Source: Chloroflexota bacterium
Lineage (GTDB): Bacteria; Chloroflexota; Dormibacteria; Dormibacterales; Dormibacteraceae
Direction: 5' to 3'
DNA: 64,000 nucleotides
Assembly (NCBI GenBank): GCA_005881825.1
Contig: VBEO01000071.1
Coordinates: 1,021-65,020 of the forward strand
Positions 18,105 through 27,707 of this stretch are shown here, one piece after another (within the stretch, counting starts at the first letter, position 1; each line of letters begins with the position of its first letter). The notes beneath the pieces were generated by a model. The model worked only from the letters and a program-made list of their open reading frames with translations. It had not been told where the DNA came from and made no database searches. A program made the position numbers and the translations under genes.

Positions 18105-18887
18105 TCAGGCGTCGAGGAAGGCGACGGCGCGGCAGAAGGCGGCCTCGCCACCGACGAACCGCCAGGGAAAACAGCCAAAGGTGATCTTGCGGTCGAGCAC
18201 GCGGTCGATGTCGCCGCCGAGGTTCTCGATGTGCACCACGTCGTGCGGGAACAGGAGGGTGTGCATGATCTGGTAGTCCGCCTTGGGGAAGATCTCCTCG
18301 AATCCCCGCCCCAGCTTGGCCTCGCCATCCTCCGCCTCGTCCGGCCGCAGGCGCCGGATCACCGTGTTCATGGGATGGTCGGCGCTGCCGGCGTCCACCG
18401 CCAGCCAGCGCACCCCGCGCTCCAGCACCCACTCGGCGAACTCGCGCGTCGGCCCCGGGTGCCGGATGAAGTACCGCGTCTCATCCATCCCCGACCGATC
18501 GGCCCAGTTCTCCGGGTAATAGCGGTGGTACCCGGTGTGGATGACGAGGATGTCCCCGCGCTCGATGCGGAGCCCCGTCTCCCCCTCCCAGCGCTCGAAC
18601 TCGGCCGGCCCGTAGAGGTCGAAATCGCCCACCCCCATCCGCTCCAGGTCGACCACGCACGCGGGCCCGACCAGAAAATCCAGCGGCAGATCGGCGATGA
18701 ACTTGCCGCCGCTGAAGAAGTGCGCCGGGGCGTCCAGATGCGTCGACACGTGGAGCGTGGAGGTGATCTCCTGACCGCCCGCCTTGTCGAAAGCCAGCCG
18801 CTTCACCCACTTGATGCTCGGGCCGGTGTAGCTGGCGAAGGCCGGCGTATGCATCGAGAAATCCTGGGTCAGGTCGAGCAGCTTCAA
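18105..18887 (-). CDS. cyclase-family protein (kynurenine-formamidase-like metal hydrolase)
   Basis: HVSTHLDAPAHF motif. TTG 18887, 7 nt after the upstream stop, gives a family-typical (M)KLLDLT start. The track start is 18941. Confidence 0.8.
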   Translation of the reverse strand: MKLLDLTQDFSMHTPAFASYTGPSIKWVKRLAFDKAGGQEITSTLHVSTHLDAPAHFFSGGKFIADLPLDFLVGPACVVDLERMGVGDFDLYGPAEFERWEGETGLRIERGDILVIHTGYHRYYPENWADRSGMDETRYFIRHPGPTREFAEWVLERGVRWLAVDAGSADHPMNTVIRRLRPDEAEDGEAKLGRGFEEIFPKADYQIMHTLLFPHDVVHIENLGGDIDRVLDRKITFGCFPWRFVGGEAAFCRAVAFLDA

Positions 18888-18894
18888 GAACTGC

Positions 18895-19737
18895 TCAGGG
18901 TAAGTCCAGGCGTCCTTCCGCGACGATGACCGCCGAGCCACCCACCCGCGGGCGGCCGCCCGTCATCTCGACGCGGATCACGCTGGGCCGGCCCATCTCC
19001 ACCCCCTGCTGGATCACCAGCGAACGGGTGCCCAGGTGCCGTTCGGCGTACGCGCCCAGCGGCCCGGCCGCGCTGCCGGTGGCCGGGTCTTCCCCCGAGG
19101 CCAGGGCGGGCACGAACATGCGCGCCCGGAAGTCAGCGCCGTCGCCGGCGAAGAAGCAGTAGACCGCTTCCATCTCGGTGGCCGACTTGACGGCCATCCA
19201 GTTCCGGAAATCCGGAGTCGCGCGGCGGAGGGCATCCGCGGAAGCCAGCGGCAGCATCAGGAACTCGTTGCCCGTCGAGACCACCTGCGCCGGCAGATCC
19301 GCACGCACGTCGTCCGGACCCAACCCCAGTGCCGCGGCAAAGCCCGGCCGATCGTCAATTTCGGGACCGAAAGTCGGCTCCTTCTGCGTCATCCAGGCTC
19401 GGCCCTCCGCGTCCAGCTCGACCGGCGTGGGGCCGACGCCCAACTCGAAAACAGCCTTGTCGCCGATCACACCCTGGTGGTGCAGCACGATTGCGGTCCC
19501 CACGGTGGGATGACCGGCCATCGGCAGCTCATAAACGGGCGTGAAGATCCGCACCTTGACGTCGCAGCCCGCTTGCGTCGCCGGCATGACGAAGGTCGTC
19601 TCCGAGAAGTTGAACTCGCGCGCCAGCGACTGCATGGTCGCCGTGTCGAGGCCATCGGCATCGAGCACCACCGCCAGCTGGTTGCCGGCCAGCGGCCGCT
19701 CAGTAAAAACGTCCAGTATCCGGAACTCGTACTTCAT
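18895..19737 (-). CDS. PhzF-family isomerase-like protein
   Basis: MKYEFRILDVFTERPLAGNQLAVV, FSETTFV, GEDPATGSAAGPLG. ATGA overlap with the upstream gene. Confidence 0.85.
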   Translation of the reverse strand: MKYEFRILDVFTERPLAGNQLAVVLDADGLDTATMQSLAREFNFSETTFVMPATQAGCDVKVRIFTPVYELPMAGHPTVGTAIVLHHQGVIGDKAVFELGVGPTPVELDAEGRAWMTQKEPTFGPEIDDRPGFAAALGLGPDDVRADLPAQVVSTGNEFLMLPLASADALRRATPDFRNWMAVKSATEMEAVYCFFAGDGADFRARMFVPALASGEDPATGSAAGPLGAYAERHLGTRSLVIQQGVEMGRPSVIRVEMTGGRPRVGGSAVIVAEGRLDLP

Positions 19738-21026
19738 GAGGACAGGAACCGGTGCGCGGCCAGGAAAGGTTCCAGCGATGCGCGCACCAGGCCGGCGCCG
19801 ACCTGGCCCACGCCCGCCTCGCGGTGCGCAATGCCTGTATTGATCAGCGGCCGGATCCCGGTTTCCACGACCCGGCGCACATCGATTCCGGTCGGCGTGC
19901 CCCGGAAGTCCAGCGCGGGGATTTGATGGTTGGGGTTCTCGGCCAGCGTGATCTCGTACATCTCCAGGGTCGCCGCCAGCGCGCTGCGGGCATCGCCGCC
20001 CACCACCCGCGTGATGGCCGGCGCCGCGGCCATGGCAAAGCCGCCCAGCCCGTAGGTCTCGGTGATCGCGGAATCGCCGATGTCGGGGTTGGCATCGGCC
20101 TGCGTGTATGAGCCGAGAAACAAGCCGACCGGCACCGCCGCCGGGGCGGTGAACCAGCGGTCGGGCGCGCCGGCGACACGAATCCCAAACTCGGTGCCGT
20201 TGCGCGCCATCGTGATGACCAGGCTGGAACCCGCTACGCCGCCGGCGCATTCGCAGGCCAGCTTGGCGGCGGCCATGGCGAAGTTCAGATAGAAGTAGTC
20301 GTTGCCGTCGATGAAGCGCAGCGACTCAGCGCCCAGCCCGCGCAGGGCCAGCTCGCGGAAGAGCAGCGAGGTCGCTGCACGGTGCCGGTTGTGCAGCTCG
20401 TCGCCCATCTGGAGCGCGCGCTGATTGATGCTGACCAGGTCTACGGGTCCGCCCTCGCGTAGGGCCCGCCCCAGGTCGGGACCCAGGGCGCCGGCCATCC
20501 AGCGCAGGCGCTCCAGGACCGCCTCGTCGTTGGCGCCATACCGGAGCACACGCCCCAGGCCCTCATTGAGGTTGGAGTAGGCGCGCCGCCCGGTCTCGCC
20601 GTCTTCGACGACCAGCACCGGCATCGAGGCGGAGATGACGCCGGCCATGGGGCCGACCGCATCGTGGTGGTGGCAGGGCTCCAGGTCCGCCGAATCGCGA
20701 CCTTCCAGCCGCAGCGCGCCCTCCAGGGCGCCGCGCATGGGTCCGCTGGCATCCTCCCAGCGCAGGGGCGGGCCGCTGTGGAGCAGCAGATCGGGTCGCA
20801 TTCCGGGGAGCACCTCAAGCGCCGCGCCCACCGCCACCAGCCGCGGTCGGGCAGCCAGGAGGCGCTCGACAGCGGTTTGGTTGGCGACGTCCACGGCCGG
20901 GTCGGGCGCCAGGCGCTCCAGCGGCGGCCGCCAGTCGACCAGCACTCGCGGCGCCTCCAGGGTGTCGGCCAGCAGCGCCGCGCCCACGGTCACCGCCCGC
21001 GGGCCGTCAGGACCCAGAATCGGCAT
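19734..21026 (-). CDS. DUF1116 (YlbE-like) protein
   Basis: 430-aa ORF with HDAVGPMAGVISASMPVLVVED and NLNEGLGRVLRYGAN blocks, which I remember as DUF1116. It overlaps the fdrA-like stop. Confidence 0.65.
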   Translation of the reverse strand: MPILGPDGPRAVTVGAALLADTLEAPRVLVDWRPPLERLAPDPAVDVANQTAVERLLAARPRLVAVGAALEVLPGMRPDLLLHSGPPLRWEDASGPMRGALEGALRLEGRDSADLEPCHHHDAVGPMAGVISASMPVLVVEDGETGRRAYSNLNEGLGRVLRYGANDEAVLERLRWMAGALGPDLGRALREGGPVDLVSINQRALQMGDELHNRHRAATSLLFRELALRGLGAESLRFIDGNDYFYLNFAMAAAKLACECAGGVAGSSLVITMARNGTEFGIRVAGAPDRWFTAPAAVPVGLFLGSYTQADANPDIGDSAITETYGLGGFAMAAAPAITRVVGGDARSALAATLEMYEITLAENPNHQIPALDFRGTPTGIDVRRVVETGIRPLINTGIAHREAGVGQVGAGLVRASLEPFLAAHRFLSS

Positions 21027-22311
21027 GCAGCACCGCCCGGGCCGCGCGGGAGTTGGAGGTGAAGACTGCGGCGCCCGCGGCCTCGAACGCCTCGCGCTGC
21101 CGGGACAGGCCCTGCGGATCCTGCTCCGTGCCGACCAGGACCACGACCGCGGGACGGCTTGCCAGCGCCGGCGCCAGCTCGGCCGCGGGATCCGGGTGGG
21201 CGGCCCGGCCCAGCACCACGTCCAGGTAGATCAGGCCCTCGGCACGGCGGATCGCGTCGAGCCGCAGCTTGTGGTCGATCATGGGATGCGGCCGGCCGCG
21301 GGTGAATCGCTCATCCCCATAGTCCACCGCCGAGAAGCGCCGGTCGCCGGCCCAGATCAGAGTCGCTTCGTCGCGCAAGGTGCCGCCGCTGAAGATGCCG
21401 TCGACCTGGCCTGCCCAGGCCGGCAGCGCAGGGTACGGCGGCAGCGAGCCGCCGCCTACCTCCACCGCTAGCGCCGTCAGGTCGGGGCCCTGCCGCAGCG
21501 GCTTGCGCGCGTTCAGGCCGGCGGCGCCGGCGCCGCCCTTGGCGATGACGATGATCAAATCGGTGTCGGGGTCCTCGTCGAGGCGGCGCACGGCCTCACG
21601 CGTCATGCGGCCGCCCACCTCCGGGGTCAGGTCGCGACCGCCCACCCCGATCGCCTGCGATATCCCCACGCCCTGCTGAGCAAGCAGGCAGGTGAGCTGC
21701 TGGATGCCCGTCCCGGAGGCGCCGACAACGCCGATGCGGCCTCGCGGCACCAGGTTGCTGAACCCCAAGCCGACCCCATCCAGGATCGCGGTGCCGCAGT
21801 CCGGGCCGAGCATCAGCAGCCCCCGGCGCAGTGCTTCGTCTTTCAGCCGCACCTCGTCCGCAACAGAGACGTGGTCGGAAAAGCAGAAGACGTTCAGCCC
21901 CTGCGCCAGCGCGTCCCAGCAGGCCCAGGCCGCGTGCTCGCCCGGCACCGATACCACCGCTATGTTGGCGCCGTCGAGCAGCCGGCTGGCCGTGCGCACG
22001 GTTCGGGGTGCTGGGACGTCGCCGGCAGGCGGAGTGGCTGCCCGCTCGCTCAAGACGGCTTCGGCCACTCGCAGCCCGGACTCTGGATCCGCCCCGCGGG
22101 CGGCCAGCACCAGGTCTCCAGGCCCCGCTCGCTCCAGCGCCGCCGACCACAGCCCGCTCTCGCGCAGCAGGTCGAGGTTGAGCTGGGTGGCCATGGCGGC
22201 CATGGCCGCCTCCACACCAGGCGCCGCACTCATGCGCGCCGAGGCGACCATCAGGACGATCGAGTCGCGGTACTGGCCGGGGCGAACCTCGACGCGCAGG
22301 CTGCCCGCCAT
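21007..22311 (-). CDS. FdrA-family protein (succinyl-CoA-synthetase-alpha-like fold)
   Basis: GPDCGTAI, VGASGTGIQ, GVGGRDL, RGRPHPMID. ATG 22311 lies inside track ORF 21007..22824. Confidence 0.75.
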   Translation of the reverse strand: MAGSLRVEVRPGQYRDSIVLMVASARMSAAPGVEAAMAAMATQLNLDLLRESGLWSAALERAGPGDLVLAARGADPESGLRVAEAVLSERAATPPAGDVPAPRTVRTASRLLDGANIAVVSVPGEHAAWACWDALAQGLNVFCFSDHVSVADEVRLKDEALRRGLLMLGPDCGTAILDGVGLGFSNLVPRGRIGVVGASGTGIQQLTCLLAQQGVGISQAIGVGGRDLTPEVGGRMTREAVRRLDEDPDTDLIIVIAKGGAGAAGLNARKPLRQGPDLTALAVEVGGGSLPPYPALPAWAGQVDGIFSGGTLRDEATLIWAGDRRFSAVDYGDERFTRGRPHPMIDHKLRLDAIRRAEGLIYLDVVLGRAAHPDPAAELAPALASRPAVVVLVGTEQDPQGLSRQREAFEAAGAAVFTSNSRAARAVLHADSGS

Positions 22312-22338
22312 CGGAGGCCGAATGTAGCATCGGGGTCC

Positions 22339-23067
22339 GTGCCCACCCCGGACCTGCGGCTCGACGGGCGGGTGGTGGCGGTCACCGGCGCGGCTCAGGG
22401 CATCGGCCGGGCCACCGCGCGGCGCGCGGCGGAACTGGGCGCGCGGGTGGCGGTGCTGGATGTGCAGCCGGGGCCGCCGGACCTGCTCTTCGTGGAATGC
22501 AACGTGACCGACGCTCACGTAATCGCGGAGGCCTTCGCGCGGGTCCGCCGGGACCTCGGCCCGGTCGAGGTGCTCGTCAACAACGCCGGCATCGCACCCC
22601 CCGCGGTGCCCTTCGAAGAGCTGTCGCCCGAGGCCTGGCGCAACACACTGGCGGTCAATCTGGACGGGGTTTTTCTGTGCACACAGGCGGCGCTGCCGCA
22701 GATCCGGCAGGCCGGTGGCGGGGCGATCGTGAATGTCGCCTCGGTGGCCGGCAAGCTGCGTTCGCTGGGCAGCACGGTCGCCTACTCGGCTTCCAAGGGC
22801 GGCGTGATCGCCTTCACCCGGCACCTGGCGGCGCTGCTGGCGCCCGAGGGGATCCGCGTCAACTGCGTCTGCCCGGGCGCCGTCGAGGGCGCCATCAACG
22901 ACCGCAACCTGGCCGACCCCGCCCGCCGCTCAGCGACCCTGGCCGGCGTGCCCGCGGGCCGGATGGCCTCGCCGGAAGAGATCGCTTCTGTGATCTGCTT
23001 CCTGGCGTCGGATGCCAGCTCCTACATGGTGGGCGCGGCGGTCGACGTCAACGGCGGCCTGCTCTGA
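22339..23067 (+). CDS. SDR-family oxidoreductase (FabG-like)
   Basis: VTGAAQGIGRA, NNAG, S...YSASK. GTG 22339 lies inside track ORF 21871..23067. Confidence 0.85.
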   Translation: MPTPDLRLDGRVVAVTGAAQGIGRATARRAAELGARVAVLDVQPGPPDLLFVECNVTDAHVIAEAFARVRRDLGPVEVLVNNAGIAPPAVPFEELSPEAWRNTLAVNLDGVFLCTQAALPQIRQAGGGAIVNVASVAGKLRSLGSTVAYSASKGGVIAFTRHLAALLAPEGIRVNCVCPGAVEGAINDRNLADPARRSATLAGVPAGRMASPEEIASVICFLASDASSYMVGAAVDVNGGLL

Positions 23068-23150
23068 GGACGGCGCGCCGGCTGGGCGCCGCCGATTGGG
23101 CAGCGGCGCGGGCGGCGCAGCCCTGGGTGCGGCATCCGCAGCCGCTGCGG

Positions 23151-23705
23151 ATGGAAGCGCGTACGGGCGTGCAGACCGCGGTCCTGGCGCTGGACACGGC
23201 GTGGCGGCTGGCCGCCGCCGCGCTGCTGGTCCTGGCCCTGCTCGCCCTCGTGCTGCTGGCGGCGCTTGGGGGCGGCAGGCCGCCGGAAGCCGGCGTCATC
23301 GTCGTGTCCTCTGCGATCTTGGTAATCGCACTGGTGGCCGCGGCCCGGATTCGCAGCGGCCGCGCGCTGCGCTGGTTCGTGGACGAGCAAGGCCGACCCG
23401 CCAGCATCGAGCCGGCGGGCCTCGTCGACCTCGCCTGGTACGCCTATCAGGCCCTGCTGGGCACCGACGTCGGAGAGCCCTTGGGCGAGCGCGCCGGCTT
23501 GGTGCTGGCGGTGCTGGACGGCTTACGGGCTGAGGCGGGGCCGCGCCTGGCGGGCCTGCACGTGGTCGACCTGAGCGCCGACCGCGCGCGCATCCGTTTC
23601 GACTGCCGCGTCGGGCGCGACGGCGCCTTCTACGAGTGCTGGGACTGGAGGCGCGAGCCCGGCGGCGTGCTGCCGTTCTGGACGCTGGATCGCCCCTCCT
23701 CGTAG
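23151..23705 (+). CDS. hypothetical membrane protein
   Basis: Tail of track ORF 22497..23705 from ATG 23151, with two hydrophobic helices. No family recognised. Confidence 0.35.
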   Translation: MEARTGVQTAVLALDTAWRLAAAALLVLALLALVLLAALGGGRPPEAGVIVVSSAILVIALVAAARIRSGRALRWFVDEQGRPASIEPAGLVDLAWYAYQALLGTDVGEPLGERAGLVLAVLDGLRAEAGPRLAGLHVVDLSADRARIRFDCRVGRDGAFYECWDWRREPGGVLPFWTLDRPSS

Positions 23706-24253
23706 GCGGCGATGGCGTCTTGGTGGCGCAGGGTCAGCGCCACCTCGTCCCAACCGTTGAGAAGGCACTCGCGCGTGAAAGGATCGACCTCGAAACCGCA
23801 CTCGAACCCCGGCGCGCTCACCAGCTGCTTTTCCAGGTCGACGGTCAGCTCGGTATCGGGCGCCTCGCTGGCGACCTCCATCAGCTGACGCACCCGGCCC
23901 TCGGGCAGGGCCAGGGCCAGGATCCCCACCTTCCCGCAGTTGCTGCGGAAGATATCGGCGAAGGAGGGCGCGATCACCACCCGGAATCCGGCATCCTCGA
24001 TCGCCCAGGGAGCGTGCTCGCGCGAGGAGCCACAGCCGAAGTTGACGCCCGCCACCAATACGGACGCGCCCCGGTACTGCGGGCGGTCGAGGACGAAGTC
24101 GGGATCCTCGCGCCGCCAGTCGTAGAAGAGGAATGGGCCGAAGCCCGAACGCTCGACCCGCCGCAGGAACTGCTTGGGGATGATCTGGTCGGTGTCGACG
24201 TTGTCGCGGTCGAGCGGGGCCATCCGGCCTTGGTGGACGCGCAGCGCCTTCAT
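23630..24253 (-). CDS. leuD: 3-isopropylmalate dehydratase small subunit
   Basis: QIIPKQFL and [20 protein letters not shown] overlap with the leuC stop. Confidence 0.9.
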   Translation of the reverse strand: MKALRVHQGRMAPLDRDNVDTDQIIPKQFLRRVERSGFGPFLFYDWRREDPDFVLDRPQYRGASVLVAGVNFGCGSSREHAPWAIEDAGFRVVIAPSFADIFRSNCGKVGILALALPEGRVRQLMEVASEAPDTELTVDLEKQLVSAPGFECGFEVDPFTRECLLNGWDEVALTLRHQDAIAAYEEGRSSVQNGSTPPGSRLQSQHS

Positions 24254-25719
24254 CCCGAGACCCCCTCGCCACCGGGGAGGGTTGGGGTGGGGCGACCGGA
24301 CCCCCACCCGCGCCTTTCAGGCACGACCTCCCCCGGGGGGAGGTGGGTAAGGTCCCGGACGTCGACCAGGTGGCCCGCCAGGGCCGCGGCGGCGGCCATG
24401 GGCGGTGACACCAGATGCGTACGGCCGCCCGACCCTTGGCGGCCCTCGAAGTTGCGGTTTGAGGTGGAGGCGCACCGCTCGCCGGGGGCCAGGACGTCGT
24501 TGTTCATGCCGAGGCACATCGAGCAGCCGGCGTCGCGCCACTCGAAGCCGGCCTCCGTGAAGACGCGGTCCAGACCCTCGGCCTCGGCCGCCAGCTTCAC
24601 GGTCGCCGACCCCGGAACCACCATCGCCCGCACGCGTGGGTGCACGCGGCGCCCGCGTACCACGGCCGCGGCCACGCGCAGGTCTTCGAGCCGCGCGTTG
24701 GTGCAGGATCCGATGAAGACCCGGTCCAGCGGGATGTCCTGCAGCGCGGTGCCCGGACGCAGGTCCATGTAGCGCAGCGCGCGCTCGGCGGTTTCGTCGC
24801 CCGGCTCCGGCACCCGGCCGCTGATGGGCGCCGCCTGGCCGGGGTTGGTGCCCCAGGTGACGAAGGGCTCCAGCGCAGAGGCGTCGAGCCGCAGCACCTC
24901 GTCGAAGGCCGCATCCGGATCGCTCGCCAGTGCCCGCCAGCGGTCGAGAGCGGCCTCCCATTCAGCGCCCTGGGGAGCGTTTGGCCGTCCTTCCAGGAAA
25001 GCGAAAGTCTTGTCGTCGGGACCCACCATGCCGACCCGCGCGCCCCACTCGATCGACATATTGCACACGGTCATGCGGCCTTCCATCGACAGGCCGCGGA
25101 TGGTCGAGCCGCGGTACTCGACCGCGCTGCCGCTGCCGGCCGCGATGCCGACCTGCGCGATCAGGCCCAGTACGAGGTCTTTGGCGGTGACCCCGATCGG
25201 TAGTTCCCCATCGACCTCCACCGCCAGGTCGCGCGGGCGCCGCTGCCACAGGCACTGGGTGGCGAGAACGTGCTCGACCTCGCTGCTGCCGATGCCGAAC
25301 GCCAGCGCGCCGAAGGCGCCATGGGTGGAGGTGTGGGAGTCGCCGCAGACGATGGTCTTCCCGGGATGCGTCAGCCCCAGTTCGGGGCCGATCACGTGCA
25401 CGATCCCCTGGCGGCGGGAGCCGAGGCCGTAGAGCTTGATTCCGGCCCACTCGCAGTTGTCACGCAGAGCGTCCATCTGCTTACGCGAGATCTCGTCGGC
25501 CGCCTCATAACCGCCCAGGGTCGGGTTGTTGTGATCGACGGTCGCGACGGTGAGGTCCGGCCGGCGCACCCGGCGCCCGTTCAGCCGCAGCGACTCGAAG
25601 GCCTGCGGCGAGGTCACCTCGTGCACGAGATGGAGGTCGATGTAGAGCAGGTCCGGTTCGCCAGGCGCCGAGCGGACGACGTGCTGGTCCCAGATCTTGC
25701 CCGCCAGGGTGCGGGGCAT
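24250..25719 (-). CDS. leuC: 3-isopropylmalate dehydratase large subunit
   Basis: [35 protein letters not shown] 25719 lies inside track ORF 24250..26010. Carries a C-terminal extension of about 30 aa. Confidence 0.92.
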   Translation of the reverse strand: MPRTLAGKIWDQHVVRSAPGEPDLLYIDLHLVHEVTSPQAFESLRLNGRRVRRPDLTVATVDHNNPTLGGYEAADEISRKQMDALRDNCEWAGIKLYGLGSRRQGIVHVIGPELGLTHPGKTIVCGDSHTSTHGAFGALAFGIGSSEVEHVLATQCLWQRRPRDLAVEVDGELPIGVTAKDLVLGLIAQVGIAAGSGSAVEYRGSTIRGLSMEGRMTVCNMSIEWGARVGMVGPDDKTFAFLEGRPNAPQGAEWEAALDRWRALASDPDAAFDEVLRLDASALEPFVTWGTNPGQAAPISGRVPEPGDETAERALRYMDLRPGTALQDIPLDRVFIGSCTNARLEDLRVAAAVVRGRRVHPRVRAMVVPGSATVKLAAEAEGLDRVFTEAGFEWRDAGCSMCLGMNNDVLAPGERCASTSNRNFEGRQGSGGRTHLVSPPMAAAAALAGHLVDVRDLTHLPPGEVVPERRGWGSGRPTPTLPGGEGVSG

Positions 25720-25842
25720 CGGCGGCCTAATGTACCCCGCGGTCACGGGCACCGGTTGGAGCTGAACCACGGGCGACAGGGGCCGGGTTTGTGGGCGCGC
25801 AACTATGCCGGCCACACGGAGCTGACCTAAGCTGCACCGGTC

Positions 25843-25923
25843 GTGTCGCCCTGCCTGCCGTTTGCACGGTTGGACCTCCTCCTTATTGCCCTCCTCAGGG
25901 CGGGGCCGCGCGCACCCGAGTAA
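25843..25923 (+). promoter_or_regulatory. candidate Leu/Ile-rich leader peptide ORF upstream of ilvB
   Basis: GTG 25843 to TAA 25921-25923 encodes [26 protein letters not shown]. An alternative TTG start is at 25870. No obvious SD. Confidence 0.3.
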
Positions 25924-25946
25924 GAGAACCACCCTCTTCGCGACGC

Positions 25947-25983
25947 GAGCCCCCGCAAAGCAAATGCGGGGGCTCCGTTTTTT
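25947..25983 (+). terminator. intrinsic terminator / attenuator hairpin ahead of ilvB
   Basis: Perfect 10-bp stem gagcccccgc / gcgggggctc with a 9-nt loop, followed by cg then TTTTTT (25978-25983). Confidence 0.6.
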
Positions 25984-25991
25984 CTGTAGAC

Positions 25992-27707
25992 ATGATCGAA
26001 GCCAAACCACAGACGAACGTGATGACCGGGGCGGACATCGTCCTCAGCTCGCTCGAGCGGGAGGGCGTCGAGGTCATCTTCGGGTACCCCGGCGGCGCCA
26101 ACCTGCCCATCTACCAGCGGCTGCCCGAGCACCCCGCGCTGCGCCACGTCCTGGTCCGCCACGAGCAGGGCGCCGCACACATGGCCGACGGCTACGCGCG
26201 CGCCACCGGCAAGCCAGGAGTGGTCTTCGCGACCAGCGGGCCGGGCGCCCTGAACCTGGTCACCGGCCTGGCCACGGCCTTCATGGACTCGGTGCCGATG
26301 GTCGCCATCACGGGCCAGGTCAACACCTCGGTCGTCGGCCGCGACGCCTTCCAGGAGTCGGACGTGATCGGGTGCACGCTGCCGGTCACCAAGCACAACT
26401 ACCTGGTCACCCGAGTCGAAGACCTGGCTCCCTGCATCCGCAAGGCCTTCCACCTGGCCACCACCGGCCGCCCCGGGCCGGTGCTGGTCGACGTCTGCAA
26501 GGACGTCCAGCAGGCCAGTGGCATCTTCGACTACCCGGACGAGCTGACCATGCCGGGTTACCGGCCCGCCCTGGAGGCCGACCTGTCGGCAATCGGGCTG
26601 GTCGCGGGCAAGCTGGCCGAGGCCGAGCGGCCGGTGATCCTGGTCGGCCACGGCGTGCTCCTGAGCGGCGCCGAGGCCGAGCTCTTGGAGCTGGCCGAAA
26701 AGACCGGCATCCCCGTCGGCACCACGCTGCTGGGCATCGGCGCCTTCCCCACCGAGCACCCGCTGTCGCTGCACATGACCGGCTTCATGGGCACCGGCTG
26801 GTGCCTGCGCGCGGTCCAGAACGCCGACCTTCTGATGATGGTCGGGATGCGGGTCGACGACCGCGTCACCGCCAAGCTCGACGAATGGGCGCCGCGGGCC
26901 GAGACCTTCATCCACGTCGACATCGACCACTCCGAGATGGGCAAGAACGTGCGCCCCCACATCGAGGTGGTCGCCGATGCCAAGCGTGCGCTGCAGGCCC
27001 TGCTGCCGCTGGCCGAGCCTGGCCCGGCGTCGCGGCGGACCTGGCTCACCCAGATCGAGGCCTGGCGCGAGGAGCACCCGCTGCGCTACCGGCGCTCCAA
27101 CGGTCACCTCCAACCGCAGGACGTGCTGCTGGAGATGTACCGGCGCTGCCGCTCCGAGGCGATCGTGGTGGCCGACGTGGGCCAGAACCAGATCTGGGCC
27201 GCGCTCTGGTGGCGCTACCGGCGGCCGGGCCTGTTCATCAACTCCGGCGGGGCCGGGACCATGGGCTTCGCGCTCCCGGCCGCTCTCGGCGCCAAGGTCG
27301 GCCGGCCCGACAAGGCGGTGTGGTGCGTGGCCGGCGAAGGCGGCTTCGTGATGACCGCGCAGGAGATGTCGGTGGCCATCGAGCAGAACCTCGACGTCAA
27401 GGTGGTGCTGCTCAACAACTTCTCGCTGGGCATGGTCCGCCAGTTCCAGGACGACTTCTACGGCGGCGTGCGCTCGCACGTCGACCTCAGGGTGATGCCC
27501 GATTTCATGAAATTGGCGGAGGCCTACGGCTGGCACAGCGCGCGGGTGGCGCGGGCCGAAGACATCGGCGCCGCCTTCGACGCGGCCGAGCGCACCCCCG
27601 GCCCGTTCCTGATCGACTTCCAGATCGACCCCGAGGCCAACGTCTACCCGATCGTGCCCCTGGGCAAGGGTCTCGACCACTTCCAGGAAGAGCCCTATGA
27701 CATCTAA
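25992..27707 (+). CDS. ilvB: acetolactate synthase large subunit
   Basis: [26 protein letters not shown] and a GEGG...LNN ThDP motif. The start is ATG 25992 or ATG 26022 (MTGADIV). Confidence 0.92.
   Translation: MIEAKPQTNVMTGADIVLSSLEREGVEVIFGYPGGANLPIYQRLPEHPALRHVLVRHEQGAAHMADGYARATGKPGVVFATSGPGALNLVTGLATAFMDSVPMVAITGQVNTSVVGRDAFQESDVIGCTLPVTKHNYLVTRVEDLAPCIRKAFHLATTGRPGPVLVDVCKDVQQASGIFDYPDELTMPGYRPALEADLSAIGLVAGKLAEAERPVILVGHGVLLSGAEAELLELAEKTGIPVGTTLLGIGAFPTEHPLSLHMTGFMGTGWCLRAVQNADLLMMVGMRVDDRVTAKLDEWAPRAETFIHVDIDHSEMGKNVRPHIEVVADAKRALQALLPLAEPGPASRRTWLTQIEAWREEHPLRYRRSNGHLQPQDVLLEMYRRCRSEAIVVADVGQNQIWAALWWRYRRPGLFINSGGAGTMGFALPAALGAKVGRPDKAVWCVAGEGGFVMTAQEMSVAIEQNLDVKVVLLNNFSLGMVRQFQDDFYGGVRSHVDLRVMPDFMKLAEAYGWHSARVARAEDIGAAFDAAERTPGPFLIDFQIDPEANVYPIVPLGKGLDHFQEEPYDI

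Noticed and set aside
17161-18432. N-terminal extensions of track ORFs. Examples: 17161..18432, 18895..20250, 21007..22824, 24250..26010, 48742..50649, 53055..55103, 57637..58761, 58193..60352.
   Set aside because: The recognisable domain begins at an internal ATG/GTG/TTG. The upstream part overlaps neighbouring genes and looks like random GC-rich translation, so the ORFs were trimmed to internal starts.
25720-25991. Possible T-box or other riboswitch in the leuC/ilvB divergent region.
   Set aside because: I could not find the conserved T-box sequence (AAnnnGGGUGGUACCGCG-like) or specifier-loop features on either strand. Only a partial GGGTGGT on the - strand is present. A leader peptide plus terminator fits better.
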